Assembly: GCA_045806245.1 (NCBI GenBank)
Contig: JBJMJR010000012.1
Location: 3,941-67,940 of the forward strand
Length of the DNA: 64,000 nucleotides
From: Gaiellaceae bacterium
GTDB lineage: Bacteria; Actinomycetota; Thermoleophilia; Gaiellales; Gaiellaceae
Direction of reading: 5' to 3'
Each line of letters begins with the position of its first letter. Within the stretch, counting starts at the first letter, position 1. The position numbers and the translations under genes are program-made. Positions 53,556-61,922 of this stretch are shown piece after piece. Under the pieces are notes generated by a model. That model was not told the origin of the DNA. It did not search any database and was given only the letters and a program-made list of their open reading frames with translations.

Positions 53556-54682
53556 GGAGCTCGCTGCGAGAGCACCTCGGCCAGGTCCTTGTCCCCGCGG
53601 CCGGAAAGGCAGACGAGCACGAGCTGCTCGTCGAGCTCCCGCACGCGCGCAAGCGCATGTGCCGGCTCGAGCGCGGGGATGATCCCCTCGAGGCGCGTCA
53701 ACTCGCGAAAGGCGGCGACGGCCTCGGCGTCGGTCGTCCGCACGTAGTCGGCGCGCCCGCTGTCGCGCAGCCACGCGTGCTCCGGCCCGACACCGGGATA
53801 GTCGAGGCCGGCCGAGATCGAGTGCGCGTCGGCGATCTGTCCGTCCTCGTCGGCGAGCACCGACGACCGCGCGCCGTGCAGCACGGCGGGACGGCCGCTT
53901 CCGAGCGAGGCTGCGTCCGCCGCCTCGACGCCGACCAGCCGCACGTCCGGATCGTCGACGAAGCTCGCGAACATCCCGATCGCGTTCGAACCGCCGCCGA
54001 CGCACGCAAGCACGACCTCGGGCAGTCGTCCCTCCAGCTCGAGGAATTGCGCCCGGGCCTCGCGGCCGATCACGGACTGCAGCTCGCGGACGATCTCCGG
54101 GTACGGGGCCGGCCCGACGCACGAGCCGATCAGGTAGTGGGTCGTCCCGACGTTGGTGATCCAGTCGCGGATCGCCTCGCTGGTCGCCTCCTTCAGCGTG
54201 CGTGTCCCGAATTCGACGGGCCGCACCTCGGCGCCGAGGAGCTGCATGCGCTCGACGTTAGGCCGCTGCCGGCGCATGTCCTCCTCGCCCATGTAGACCA
54301 CGCACTCGAAGCCGAAGCGAGCGCAGACTGTCGCCGTCGCGACGCCGTGCTGCCCGGCGCCGGTCTCGGCGACGATGCGTGTCTTCCCGAGCCGCCGCGC
54401 GAGCACCGCCTGTCCGAGCGCGTTGTTCAGCTTGTGGGCGCCGGTGTGGAGCAGGTCCTCGCGCTTCAGGTAGAGCCGCTTGCCCGGGGCGAACCGCTCC
54501 GCGCGCGTCAGCGGCGTCGGCCGGCCCGCGAAGGTGCGGGCGAGCTCGTCCAGCTCCGCGCGGAAGGAGTCGTCGGCCTGCGCGTCGCGCCAGCCCGCGT
54601 CGAGCTCGTCGAGCGCGGGCACGAGCGTCTCCGGCACATAGCGGCCGCCGTACGTGCCGAAGAGGCCGGCGGGAGCGCTCAT
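53552..54682 (-). CDS. trpB: tryptophan synthase beta chain
   Basis: Start re-called to ATG 54682 (ATGA overlap with the trpCF stop). '[13 protein letters not shown]' and PLP-lysine region '[15 protein letters not shown]'. Confidence 0.9.
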   Translation of the reverse strand: MSAPAGLFGTYGGRYVPETLVPALDELDAGWRDAQADDSFRAELDELARTFAGRPTPLTRAERFAPGKRLYLKREDLLHTGAHKLNNALGQAVLARRLGKTRIVAETGAGQHGVATATVCARFGFECVVYMGEEDMRRQRPNVERMQLLGAEVRPVEFGTRTLKEATSEAIRDWITNVGTTHYLIGSCVGPAPYPEIVRELQSVIGREARAQFLELEGRLPEVVLACVGGGSNAIGMFASFVDDPDVRLVGVEAADAASLGSGRPAVLHGARSSVLADEDGQIADAHSISAGLDYPGVGPEHAWLRDSGRADYVRTTDAEAVAAFRELTRLEGIIPALEPAHALARVRELDEQLVLVCLSGRGDKDLAEVLSQRAP

Positions 54683-55839
54683 CGCGCCGCCGCGACGAAC
54701 GCGCGGACCTTGTCGTGGTCCTTGATCCCCGGCTCGGCCTCGAGCCGCGAGGCGGCGTCGACGGCCCACGGCCGTACCGCGCGCACCGCTTCCTGGACGT
54801 TGTCGGGCCCGAGGCGCCCGGCGAGCATGACGCGTCCCTCGTGCGCCACCGCCCGCTGCAGGTGCAATGGGTCGGGCTCGTCCCACGGCAGGTCGACGAC
54901 CTGCGCGACGGCCTCGCCTTGTCGCAGCAGCACCGCGTCGCGGCCGCGCACCCGTCCTTCCTCGCGCTGATAGAGCTGCACCAGATCGGACTCCGCCTCG
55001 CCGGCCTCGCCGACGAAGACGGCCACGCTCAGGCGGTCGTCCGGTACGGCGAGCACGGCCGGCGCGCGGCGTGGGCTGTCCTCGGCGAGGATGAAGCCGA
55101 GCATGTCGGCGCCCGCTGCGAGCGCGGCGTCGACGTCGTCCGTGCGCGTCAGGCCGCAGACCTTCACCAGCGGTCGCGACAGCAGCTCGCGTAGCTTCGC
55201 GGCGGGCTCGTCGGCCTGCATGAGCGCGGAGCCGACGAGGATCGCGTCGGCGCCGGCGAGCTCGGCGGCAGCTCCCTGCGCGCGGGAATGCACGCCGCTC
55301 TCGGCGACGACGACCATGTCGTGCCCGCGGACGCGCGCGACGAGGTCGAGCTGGCGCGCGCGGTCGATCGCGAACGTCGTCAGGTCGCGCGCGTTGACAC
55401 CGACGACTTCGGCGCCGAGGGCGACGGCTCGGTGCAGCTCGTTCGCGTCGTGCGCCTCGACGAGCGTCTCCAGGCCGAGCTCGCGCGCGTACGACAGCAA
55501 CGCCGCTGCGCGCAGGTCGTCGACATCGCGCAGGATGACAAGCGCCGCGTCGGCGCCCGCGACCTTCAGCTTCAGCAGATCGAGCTCTTCCGTGAAGAAG
55601 CCCTTGGCCAGGAGCGGGACCGCAGTCGCGGCGCGGGCAGCCTTGAGATCTTCCAACGAGCCGCCGAAGCGCTCGTCGACGAGGATGGAGATCGCCGCGG
55701 CGCCGGCGTTTGCGAACTGCGCGGCGAGCCTGGCGGGATCCGCGTCGGGACGGAGATCGCCGGCCGACGGCGAGCGTCGCTTGACCTCGGCGATGGCGCC
55801 GAGGCCAGGTGCGGCAAGAGCGTCACGAAACCGGCCCAT
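54679..55839 (-). CDS. trpCF: fused indole-3-glycerol-phosphate synthase / phosphoribosylanthranilate isomerase
   Basis: The N-terminal half has '[12 protein letters not shown]' and 'ILVDERFF/GGS' (TrpC). The C-terminal half has 'VKVCGLT' and '[10 protein letters not shown]' (TrpF). Confidence 0.85.
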   Translation of the reverse strand: MGRFRDALAAPGLGAIAEVKRRSPSAGDLRPDADPARLAAQFANAGAAAISILVDERFGGSLEDLKAARAATAVPLLAKGFFTEELDLLKLKVAGADAALVILRDVDDLRAAALLSYARELGLETLVEAHDANELHRAVALGAEVVGVNARDLTTFAIDRARQLDLVARVRGHDMVVVAESGVHSRAQGAAAELAGADAILVGSALMQADEPAAKLRELLSRPLVKVCGLTRTDDVDAALAAGADMLGFILAEDSPRRAPAVLAVPDDRLSVAVFVGEAGEAESDLVQLYQREEGRVRGRDAVLLRQGEAVAQVVDLPWDEPDPLHLQRAVAHEGRVMLAGRLGPDNVQEAVRAVRPWAVDAASRLEAEPGIKDHDKVRAFVAAAR

Positions 55840-56864
55840 CAGCTCGACACAGTCTCGCGGGTGAAGGCCGCCAGCTGCTCCAGGCGCTCGGCGGCCGCGC
55901 CGGAATCCACCGTCTCGCGCGCAAGCTCCAGGCCTTCGCGCAGATCCTCCGCATGCCCGGCGGCGGCGATCGCTCCGGCGGCATTGAGCAGGATCGCGCT
56001 GCGGCGACCGCCGTCCGCGCCGGAGAAGACCTCGCGAACGGCCGCCGCGTTCTCAGCCGGGCTGCCGCCGCGCAGCTCGGCGACGTCGCAGCGCGGAACA
56101 CCCAGCTCTTGCTCGGGGTCGAGCGTTCGCTCCCGCACGCTGCCGTCGACGACCTCGGCGACGAGGTTCGGGCCGACGGGCGACAGCTCGTCGATTCCGC
56201 CGGCGCCGTGGACGACGAACGCGCGGCGGGCGCCGAGCGTTGCGAGGACTTCCGCGATCGTGCGCACGAGCTCCTGCGAGTAGACGCCGACGACCTGTGC
56301 ACGCGCCCCCGCGGGGTTCGTCAGCGGTCCGAGCACGTTGAAGACCGTGCGCGTCGCCAGCTCCTTGCGCACCGGCGCGGCGTGGCGCATGGCCGGGTGG
56401 TGCGACGGGGCGAAGAGGAACCCGAAGCCGAGCTCGTCGATCGACTGCGCGATGCGCTCCGGCTCCTGCTCGAGCGTGAAGCCGAGCGCTTCGAGCACGT
56501 CGGCCGAGCCGGACGCCGACGACACGGCGCGGTTGCCGTGCTTCGCCACGGCCGCACCCGCGGCGGCTGCGACGAGCGCGGCCGCGGTCGAGATGTTGAT
56601 CGTGCGCGCGCCGTCGCCGCCGGTGCCGGCGGTGTCGACGAGATCGTCCCGCCGGGGGCGTACGGCGAGCACGTGCGCCCGCATCGCCTCGGCGCAGCCC
56701 GCGATCTCGTCGGCCGTCTCGCCCTTCGCGCGTAGCGCGACCAGAAAGCCGCCGATCTGCGCCGGCGTCGCGTCGCCGGCCATGATCTCGCCCATCACCT
56801 CACGCGTCTGCTCGCGCGCCAGGTCGCGCCCGTCGAGCACCTGCTGCAGCGCCTGCTGGATCAT
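55839..56864 (-). CDS. trpD: anthranilate phosphoribosyltransferase
   Basis: Start re-called to ATG 56864 (ATGA overlap). 'LVDTAGTGGDG', 'AKHGNRAVSS', 'FNVLGPLTNPA'. Confidence 0.9.
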   Translation of the reverse strand: MIQQALQQVLDGRDLAREQTREVMGEIMAGDATPAQIGGFLVALRAKGETADEIAGCAEAMRAHVLAVRPRRDDLVDTAGTGGDGARTINISTAAALVAAAAGAAVAKHGNRAVSSASGSADVLEALGFTLEQEPERIAQSIDELGFGFLFAPSHHPAMRHAAPVRKELATRTVFNVLGPLTNPAGARAQVVGVYSQELVRTIAEVLATLGARRAFVVHGAGGIDELSPVGPNLVAEVVDGSVRERTLDPEQELGVPRCDVAELRGGSPAENAAAVREVFSGADGGRRSAILLNAAGAIAAAGHAEDLREGLELARETVDSGAAAERLEQLAAFTRETVSS

Positions 56865-57397
56865 GCCGCCAGGAAGTTTCGCGCCAGCTCGCAGCCGAGC
56901 GGAGTGAGCACGGACTCCGGATGAAATTGCACGCCGTGGATCGGGAGCTCGCGATGTCGCACGGCCATCACCTCGCCATCCTCGCTCGTGGCCGAGACCT
57001 GCAGGACGTCGGGCACGCGAGCGGCGGCGAGCGAGTGGTAGCGGCCGACTTCGATCTCGTCGGGCAGTCCCGCAAAGAGGCCGAGGCCGTCGTGCCGCAC
57101 CGTGCACGACTTGCCGTGGACGAGCTCGCGCGCGGCGCCGATCTCGCCGCCGAACGCTTCGACGATCGCCTGGTGGCCGAGGCACACGCCGAGCGTCGGC
57201 ACACGCGTGTCGCGCACGAGCGCGACGACGCGTTCCGGCGGGCGGCCCGGGCCGGGAGAGACGACGAGCGCCGACGGCTGCAGCCGTTCGAGATCCGGCG
57301 CGTCGTTCCGGCGTACGACCACGTCCGCACCGAGCTCGCCGAAGAGGTGCGCGAGGTTGTGCGTGAACGAGTCGTAGTTGTCGACGAGCAGGATCAC
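56861..57397 (-). CDS. trpG: anthranilate synthase component II (glutamine amidotransferase)
   Basis: Start re-called to GTG 57397 (GTGA overlap). 'ILLVDNYDSFT', catalytic 'GVCLGHQ', 'GVQFHPES'. Confidence 0.9.
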   Translation of the reverse strand: MILLVDNYDSFTHNLAHLFGELGADVVVRRNDAPDLERLQPSALVVSPGPGRPPERVVALVRDTRVPTLGVCLGHQAIVEAFGGEIGAARELVHGKSCTVRHDGLGLFAGLPDEIEVGRYHSLAAARVPDVLQVSATSEDGEVMAVRHRELPIHGVQFHPESVLTPLGCELARNFLAA

Positions 57398-58629
57398 CGT
57401 TGCTCGGACTCCGCCAGGTCGATCGCCGCTTCCACAGCGGCGAGCTTGCGCAGGCATTCCTCGTGCTCGGCGGCCGGATCCGAGTCGGCGACGATTCCGG
57501 CGCCCGCCTGCAGATGGGCGACGCCGTCGCGCATGACGATCGTGCGGATCGCGATGCACGTGTCGAGCGTCTGCTCGTCCGGCAGTGCGTAGCCGACCGC
57601 ACCGGCGTACGGGCCGCGTCGGCGTCCTTCCAACTCGGAGATGAGCTGCATCGCGCGCACCTTCGGCGCACCGGAGACCGTGCCTGCGGGGAAGCACGCG
57701 CGCAGCAGATCGAATGGGCCGACGCCGTCGCGCAGCTCGCCGCTGACCTGCGAGACGAGATGCGTGACGTGCGAGTACCGCTCGACCTCGAGGAAGCGCG
57801 TGACGTCGACCGTTCCCGGAAGGCAGACGCGCGAGAGGTCGTTGCGGCCGAGGTCGACGAGCATCACGTGCTCGGCGCGGTCCTTCTCGGATGCGAGCAG
57901 CCGCTCGGCGTCGCCGGGCCCGCGCTCCGTCGTCCCCGCGATCGGATTGAGACTCGCGTTGTGCCCTTCGCACTTGACGAGCGTCTCCGGTGAGGAGCCC
58001 ACGAGCGCGAGCCTGTCGAGCTCGAGCAGGAAGAGGTACGGCGACGGGTTGACGCGCCGCAGCGCGCGGTAGAGGTCGAGCGGCGACGCGGACGTCGGCC
58101 GTTCCGCGCGTTGGGAGAGCACGATCTGGAACGCATCGCCGGCACGGATGTGCTCCTGCGCCGCCCGCACGCCCGACTCGTACTCGCCCCGTGACGGCGT
58201 GCGCTTCGCGAGGCCGCGCCGGCCGCTCGCGCCGGGGAGGCGCGGCACGGGTCGCGCGAACAACCGCACCACCTCGTCCGGGTCGCCGCGGATGACCTCG
58301 GCCGTGTTCTGGACGTGGTCGAAGCGGATCAGGATGTCGGCGACGAGGAAGCGGCTCTCGGGCAAACCGGTGCTGTCCTCCGGGAGCTCGACCGTCGGCT
58401 CCAGCCTGGCGGCGTAGTCGTACGCCAGGTACCCGACGACCGGCTCGCCGCACGCCTCGGCCTCGGCGAGGTAGCAGAGATGCGAGCCGCAGCCGACGAG
58501 CGAGTGGCGGCCCAGCCGTCCTCGCTCGACCGACTCGAGCAGGAAGGCTGCGCGTCCCTCGCGGCGCAGCCGCAGGTAGGCGCCGAGCGGGGTGACGAGG
58601 TCGGTTGAGATGTCGGGTGCGACGGTCAT
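57394..58629 (-). CDS. trpE: anthranilate synthase component I (short N-terminus)
   Basis: 'FLLESVE' (Trp feedback region), 'SPE.LV', and 'GAVGY...D..I.IRT'. SD GGAGGAG 3-9 nt upstream of the ATG. Confidence 0.9.
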   Translation of the reverse strand: MTVAPDISTDLVTPLGAYLRLRREGRAAFLLESVERGRLGRHSLVGCGSHLCYLAEAEACGEPVVGYLAYDYAARLEPTVELPEDSTGLPESRFLVADILIRFDHVQNTAEVIRGDPDEVVRLFARPVPRLPGASGRRGLAKRTPSRGEYESGVRAAQEHIRAGDAFQIVLSQRAERPTSASPLDLYRALRRVNPSPYLFLLELDRLALVGSSPETLVKCEGHNASLNPIAGTTERGPGDAERLLASEKDRAEHVMLVDLGRNDLSRVCLPGTVDVTRFLEVERYSHVTHLVSQVSGELRDGVGPFDLLRACFPAGTVSGAPKVRAMQLISELEGRRRGPYAGAVGYALPDEQTLDTCIAIRTIVMRDGVAHLQAGAGIVADSDPAAEHEECLRKLAAVEAAIDLAESEQR

Positions 58630-58656
58630 GACTCCTCCGGGAGTGAGCAGGGACGC

Positions 58657-58681
58657 AAAAAGACCTTCCGGTCGGAAGGTC
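58657..58681 (-). terminator. trp attenuator terminator
   Basis: The minus strand reads GACCUUC-CGACCG-GAAGGUC followed by UUUUUG. It lies 27 nt upstream of the trpE ATG and 34 nt downstream of the leader-peptide stop. Confidence 0.7.
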
Positions 58682-58715
58682 GAGGGAGAGCGGAACGGGT
58701 TGTCTCTGGCCTAGC

Positions 58716-58784
58716 TCAGCGCCGGCGCAGGCTCCCGCTCCGCTCGCAGCGCCAGGCCCAGAAAGTGCGAGTGGCAGGAGTCAT
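58716..58784 (-). CDS. trpL: trp operon leader peptide (22 aa, MTPATRTFWAWRCERSGSLRRR)
   Basis: Hand-translated. ATG 58784, TGG codons at 58760..58758 and 58754..58752, TGA 58718..58716. Visible only as the tail of track ORF 58716..59846. Confidence 0.6.
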   Translation of the reverse strand: MTPATRTFWAWRCERSGSLRRR

Positions 58785-58794
58785 TGGTCGTCTC

Positions 58795-58823
58795 AGAGTA
58801 CGGATGGGGGTTGGTACCGTCAA
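58795..58823 (-). promoter_or_regulatory. candidate trp promoter TTGACG-17-TACTCT
   Basis: On the minus strand, -35 at 58823..58818 and -10 at 58800..58795. The leader ATG lies 10 nt after the -10, which implies a (near-)leaderless trpL. Confidence 0.4.
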
Positions 58824-58826
58824 GTT

Positions 58827-59978
58827 GTGGCCCGCTCCGTGATCGTCAGTGCCGTCCGCACGCCCTTCGGCAAGCTCGGCGGCGCGCTCGCCGACAAGCA
58901 GGCGACCGAGCTCGGGTCGATCGCCATCCGCGCGGCGCTCGACCGCGCGAGCGTCGAGAACGACGAGGTCGAGTACGTGCTGATGGGCCAGGTGCTGCAG
59001 GGCGGAGCGGGGCAGGCGCCCTCGCGGCAGGCGACGATCGGTGCTGGTCTCCCGATCGAGATCGGCTCCGACACGATCAACAAGGTGTGTGCTTCCTCGA
59101 TCCGGGCCGTCGAGATGGCGGACCAGATGATTCGCGCGGGCGACCACCACGTCGTCGTCGCCGGCGGGATGGAGTCGATGACCAATGCGCCGTACGCCTT
59201 GAAGAAGGCGCGGTTCGGCTATCGCCTCGGCGACGGGACGCTGATCGACCTGATGACGCACGACGGCCTGACCTCGACGTTCGACAAGCGGCACATGGTC
59301 GAGCAGGCGTCGTTCGTGTCGCGCGAGCTCGGGATCGCGCGCGAGGACCAGGACCGCTGGGCGCTGCGTTCGCACGAGCGCGCGGTGAAGGCGATCGACG
59401 AGGGGAAGTTCCAGGAGGAGATCGTTCCGGTCGGCGAATTCGCCGTCGACGACAGTCCACGGCGGGATACCTCCTACGAGAAGCTCGCGAGGCTGAAGCC
59501 CGTGTTCGATCCCGAGGGGACGACGACGCCCGGCAACGCGCCCGGCGTCAACGACGGCGCCTCCGCACTCGTCGTCACGAGCGAGGAATTCGCGCGCAAG
59601 CGCGGGCTCGAGGTGCTCGCCACGATCGTCTCGCAGGCGTACGTCGCCGACGACTTCGCGTACCTCGCGCGCACTCCCGCGAAGGCCGGGCAGCTGGCGC
59701 TCGCAAAAGCGGGCAAGCAGATCGGCGACGTCGAGCGCGTCGAGCTGAACGAGGCGTTCTCGTCGGTCGCGTTGAACTCCGCGAAGATGCTCGACGTCGA
59801 CCCCGAGAAGGTGAACGTCAACGGCGGCGCGGTTGCGCTCGGTCACCCGATCGGCGCGTCGGGCGGGCGAATCCTGTCGACCATGATCTACGAGCTCCGC
59901 CGCAACGGCGGCGGCCTCGGCCTTGCCGCGATCTGCTCAGGCGGCGGTCAGGGCGACGCGCTGTTGATCGAGGTCTAG
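58827..59978 (+). CDS. acetyl-CoA C-acetyltransferase (thiolase II)
   Basis: 'VSAVRTPFGKLGG', active-site Cys 'NKVCASS', C-terminal 'NVNGGAVALGHPIGASG' and 'CSGGGQG'. GTG start. Confidence 0.9.
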   Translation: MARSVIVSAVRTPFGKLGGALADKQATELGSIAIRAALDRASVENDEVEYVLMGQVLQGGAGQAPSRQATIGAGLPIEIGSDTINKVCASSIRAVEMADQMIRAGDHHVVVAGGMESMTNAPYALKKARFGYRLGDGTLIDLMTHDGLTSTFDKRHMVEQASFVSRELGIAREDQDRWALRSHERAVKAIDEGKFQEEIVPVGEFAVDDSPRRDTSYEKLARLKPVFDPEGTTTPGNAPGVNDGASALVVTSEEFARKRGLEVLATIVSQAYVADDFAYLARTPAKAGQLALAKAGKQIGDVERVELNEAFSSVALNSAKMLDVDPEKVNVNGGAVALGHPIGASGGRILSTMIYELRRNGGGLGLAAICSGGGQGDALLIEV

Positions 59979-60038
59979 CGACCTCGATCAAGTGAGGTAC
60001 GGCGCGCGACCGCGTGACGCGGTCACGCGATCGCGCGC
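59964..60038 (+). terminator. two consecutive GC-rich hairpins at/after the thiolase stop
   Basis: TTGATCGAGGTC-TAGC-GACCTCGATCAA (12 bp; the loop contains the TAG stop), then the 37-nt near-perfect palindrome GCGCGCGAcCGCGTGAC-GCG-GTCACGCGaTCGCGCGC (60002..60038). Confidence 0.4.
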
Positions 60039-60165
60039 ATTGCTCTTGGGTGCAGGGTCGAGCGGTCTCTGCCGTGCAGCGCGCCGATGCTGCGCGTCGG
60101 CGCGGTGCATCACTTAGGCCGTTCGTTAGAGCGCGCTTCGCGCTGCTCTAACGCTCGGCCTGGGT

Positions 60166-61149
60166 GTGCTCTACGGTGAGCGCGTGGCTCGAGTTGCCCC
60201 CTACGCACTGATCCTTGTGTTGGTAGCAACCGGTTTTGCTGCGGCCGGCGGGGCTGCTCCACCGGCGAGGACGCAGATCGTCCATTGGAGTCCCTTCGAC
60301 GCGCACGGTGCCGTCAGGAAGACGTTGCGCGTCCACTCCAGAGGGACAGGCAGGTGCAGCGACACCTACACCACGGCGGGCGATATCGCCTATCGGTGCG
60401 AGCAGGGACACTTTCTCCTCTTCCCCTGCTGGAGGGACGGGCCGAACCCGACCGAGTTCGTGCTGTGCACTGGCACTCCGTGGGCGTCATCCATCGAACG
60501 GCTCCGAAGCCCCGGGCTCTTGCTCTATCCCGGCATTACCTATCTCGACGATCCGTACTCGCCGTGGGCGGTCGAGCTTGCGACCGGTGAACGATGCAGG
60601 CTCCTGCAGGGTGCCCACGACGCGATTCCCCGACGGACGCACAGGTACGTCGTCGATTACGGCTGCGACCGCGGTGACCTTGTCTTGCTGCGCACTCTTC
60701 GTCGCGGGCGCCTGTGGCGCATTGGCGCCGCTCGCTACGTCAATGCAAAGGGCGGCTACAAATTGCTTGGGGATCGAATCATTCGCCGCGCCTTCTTCGG
60801 CGGACTGCCTCCATCGATGGAGAGGCAACGACAGCTTGCGGCAAAGGCAGTTGCCACGGCACGGGTTGTGATCCATCGAGTCGCACCTCGTGCACATCTC
60901 GAGCTCGTCTGGGTGCGAATGACCTTGCCGGATGCGCGGTGGGCATACGTCCTCTTCAGCTCGGTAGACGGGAGCGGATCGTTCGCGCTGCTACATCGGG
61001 AGCACGGCGGCTGGGTCGATGCGTCGTCGTACAAGCCCTACTGCACGAAACTTCCGGGGACCGTGCGGCGCCAACTGTTCTTAGGACACAAAACCTGGAA
61101 CCCGCCGCCGTATTGGTCAGACGCGGCGCCCGGGGAGCAGCGCTGCTAA
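60166..61149 (+). CDS. Cys-rich exported hypothetical protein
   Basis: N-terminal anchor 'YALILVLVATGFAAAGGA' and 10+ Cys residues. Visibly lower GC3. Contains an in-frame TTA codon (Leu306, 61081..61083). The start is uncertain. Confidence 0.5.
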   Translation: MLYGERVARVAPYALILVLVATGFAAAGGAAPPARTQIVHWSPFDAHGAVRKTLRVHSRGTGRCSDTYTTAGDIAYRCEQGHFLLFPCWRDGPNPTEFVLCTGTPWASSIERLRSPGLLLYPGITYLDDPYSPWAVELATGERCRLLQGAHDAIPRRTHRYVVDYGCDRGDLVLLRTLRRGRLWRIGAARYVNAKGGYKLLGDRIIRRAFFGGLPPSMERQRQLAAKAVATARVVIHRVAPRAHLELVWVRMTLPDARWAYVLFSSVDGSGSFALLHREHGGWVDASSYKPYCTKLPGTVRRQLFLGHKTWNPPPYWSDAAPGEQRC

Positions 61150-61162
61150 TTCGGACACTACG

Positions 61163-61669
61163 TCAGCCCGTCCGAAGCCCTCCGCACCGAATAATCGCGC
61201 GCCTGCTCGCGTGCCTGGCTCCAACCTTGATCGTCAGACGCACGCCATAGCAACTGTTCCGGTTGCCCAGCGAAACCGCGTCGTAGTACACAGGCGGAAT
61301 AGCGTCGTCCAGAAAGACCGGTCCACACGCTTTCCCGTGCCACGTCTCGCCCAAAGGAACGAGCCACGGCGCGTGATCCACAACGCTTCGCGCTACGGAC
61401 CACCGCCTGGGCGACCCGCCCACGTCGTAATGGGTGATCCGGATCTCATCCGGGTAGGCGGACCCGATGCCACGGCTGCAAACGGTCGCCCGCAGTTTCA
61501 CGCCGAGGAGCGGGTAACCGTCCCATACGCCGATCTTGGCGACCGAGCCAGTCAGCCTCGTGATTTCCAGCGACGGCCGTAAGTTCGCCCGAGGCTCGCT
61601 CGTCGTCCCGCACGCCGTCGTCGCAAGAACGCAGCAAACCAGAACGACGATTGCGGGCATCGCTCGCAT
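61163..61669 (-). CDS. putative lipoprotein, unknown function
   Basis: Start re-called to ATG 61669 (or 61660). Lipobox-like 'CCVLATTAC'. Convergent with the previous gene (13-nt gap). Confidence 0.5.
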   Translation of the reverse strand: MRAMPAIVVLVCCVLATTACGTTSEPRANLRPSLEITRLTGSVAKIGVWDGYPLLGVKLRATVCSRGIGSAYPDEIRITHYDVGGSPRRWSVARSVVDHAPWLVPLGETWHGKACGPVFLDDAIPPVYYDAVSLGNRNSCYGVRLTIKVGARHASRRAIIRCGGLRTG

Positions 61670-61771
61670 CCACTGATTATCGGCACGGCCGGCCCCAACG
61701 ACGAGCGAAACTCCGGTCTGACCCCAGCCTTTCGTTTGTGTAACGCCGGCATCCACGGTGATGACGCGGAG

Positions 61772-61912
61772 GTGTCCTACTCGCTGATCGTCCTACTCGC
61801 CGGCCTCGCCGTCGCGTTCCTCGTCTTCGTGATCTCCGGTGGGCACGTCGTCTTCCTGCCGCTGATCCTGCTTCTCCCGCTCGGCTTCGTGTTCCGCCGC
61901 CGCCGTTTCTAA
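61772..61912 (+). CDS. candidate 46-aa two-helix hydrophobic microprotein (VSYSLIVLLAGLAVAFLVFVISGGHVVFLPLILLLPLGFVFRRRRF)
   Basis: Not in the track (<60 aa). Counted by hand, 42 of 46 third positions are G/C and T dominates at position 2, which is the coding pattern of this genome. The start is unclear (GTG 61772 or TTG 61736) and the SD is poor. Confidence 0.4.
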   Translation: MSYSLIVLLAGLAVAFLVFVISGGHVVFLPLILLLPLGFVFRRRRF

Positions 61913-61922
61913 GGACATGGCT

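Noticed and set aside
53556-58453. Arg-rich N-terminal extensions of the trpA, trpB, trpD and trpG track ORFs (52854..54122, 53552..54886, 55839..57671, 56861..58453)
   Set aside because: Each extension overlaps the upstream trp gene out of frame. In every case homology begins at a start codon that overlaps the upstream stop (GTGA/ATGA).
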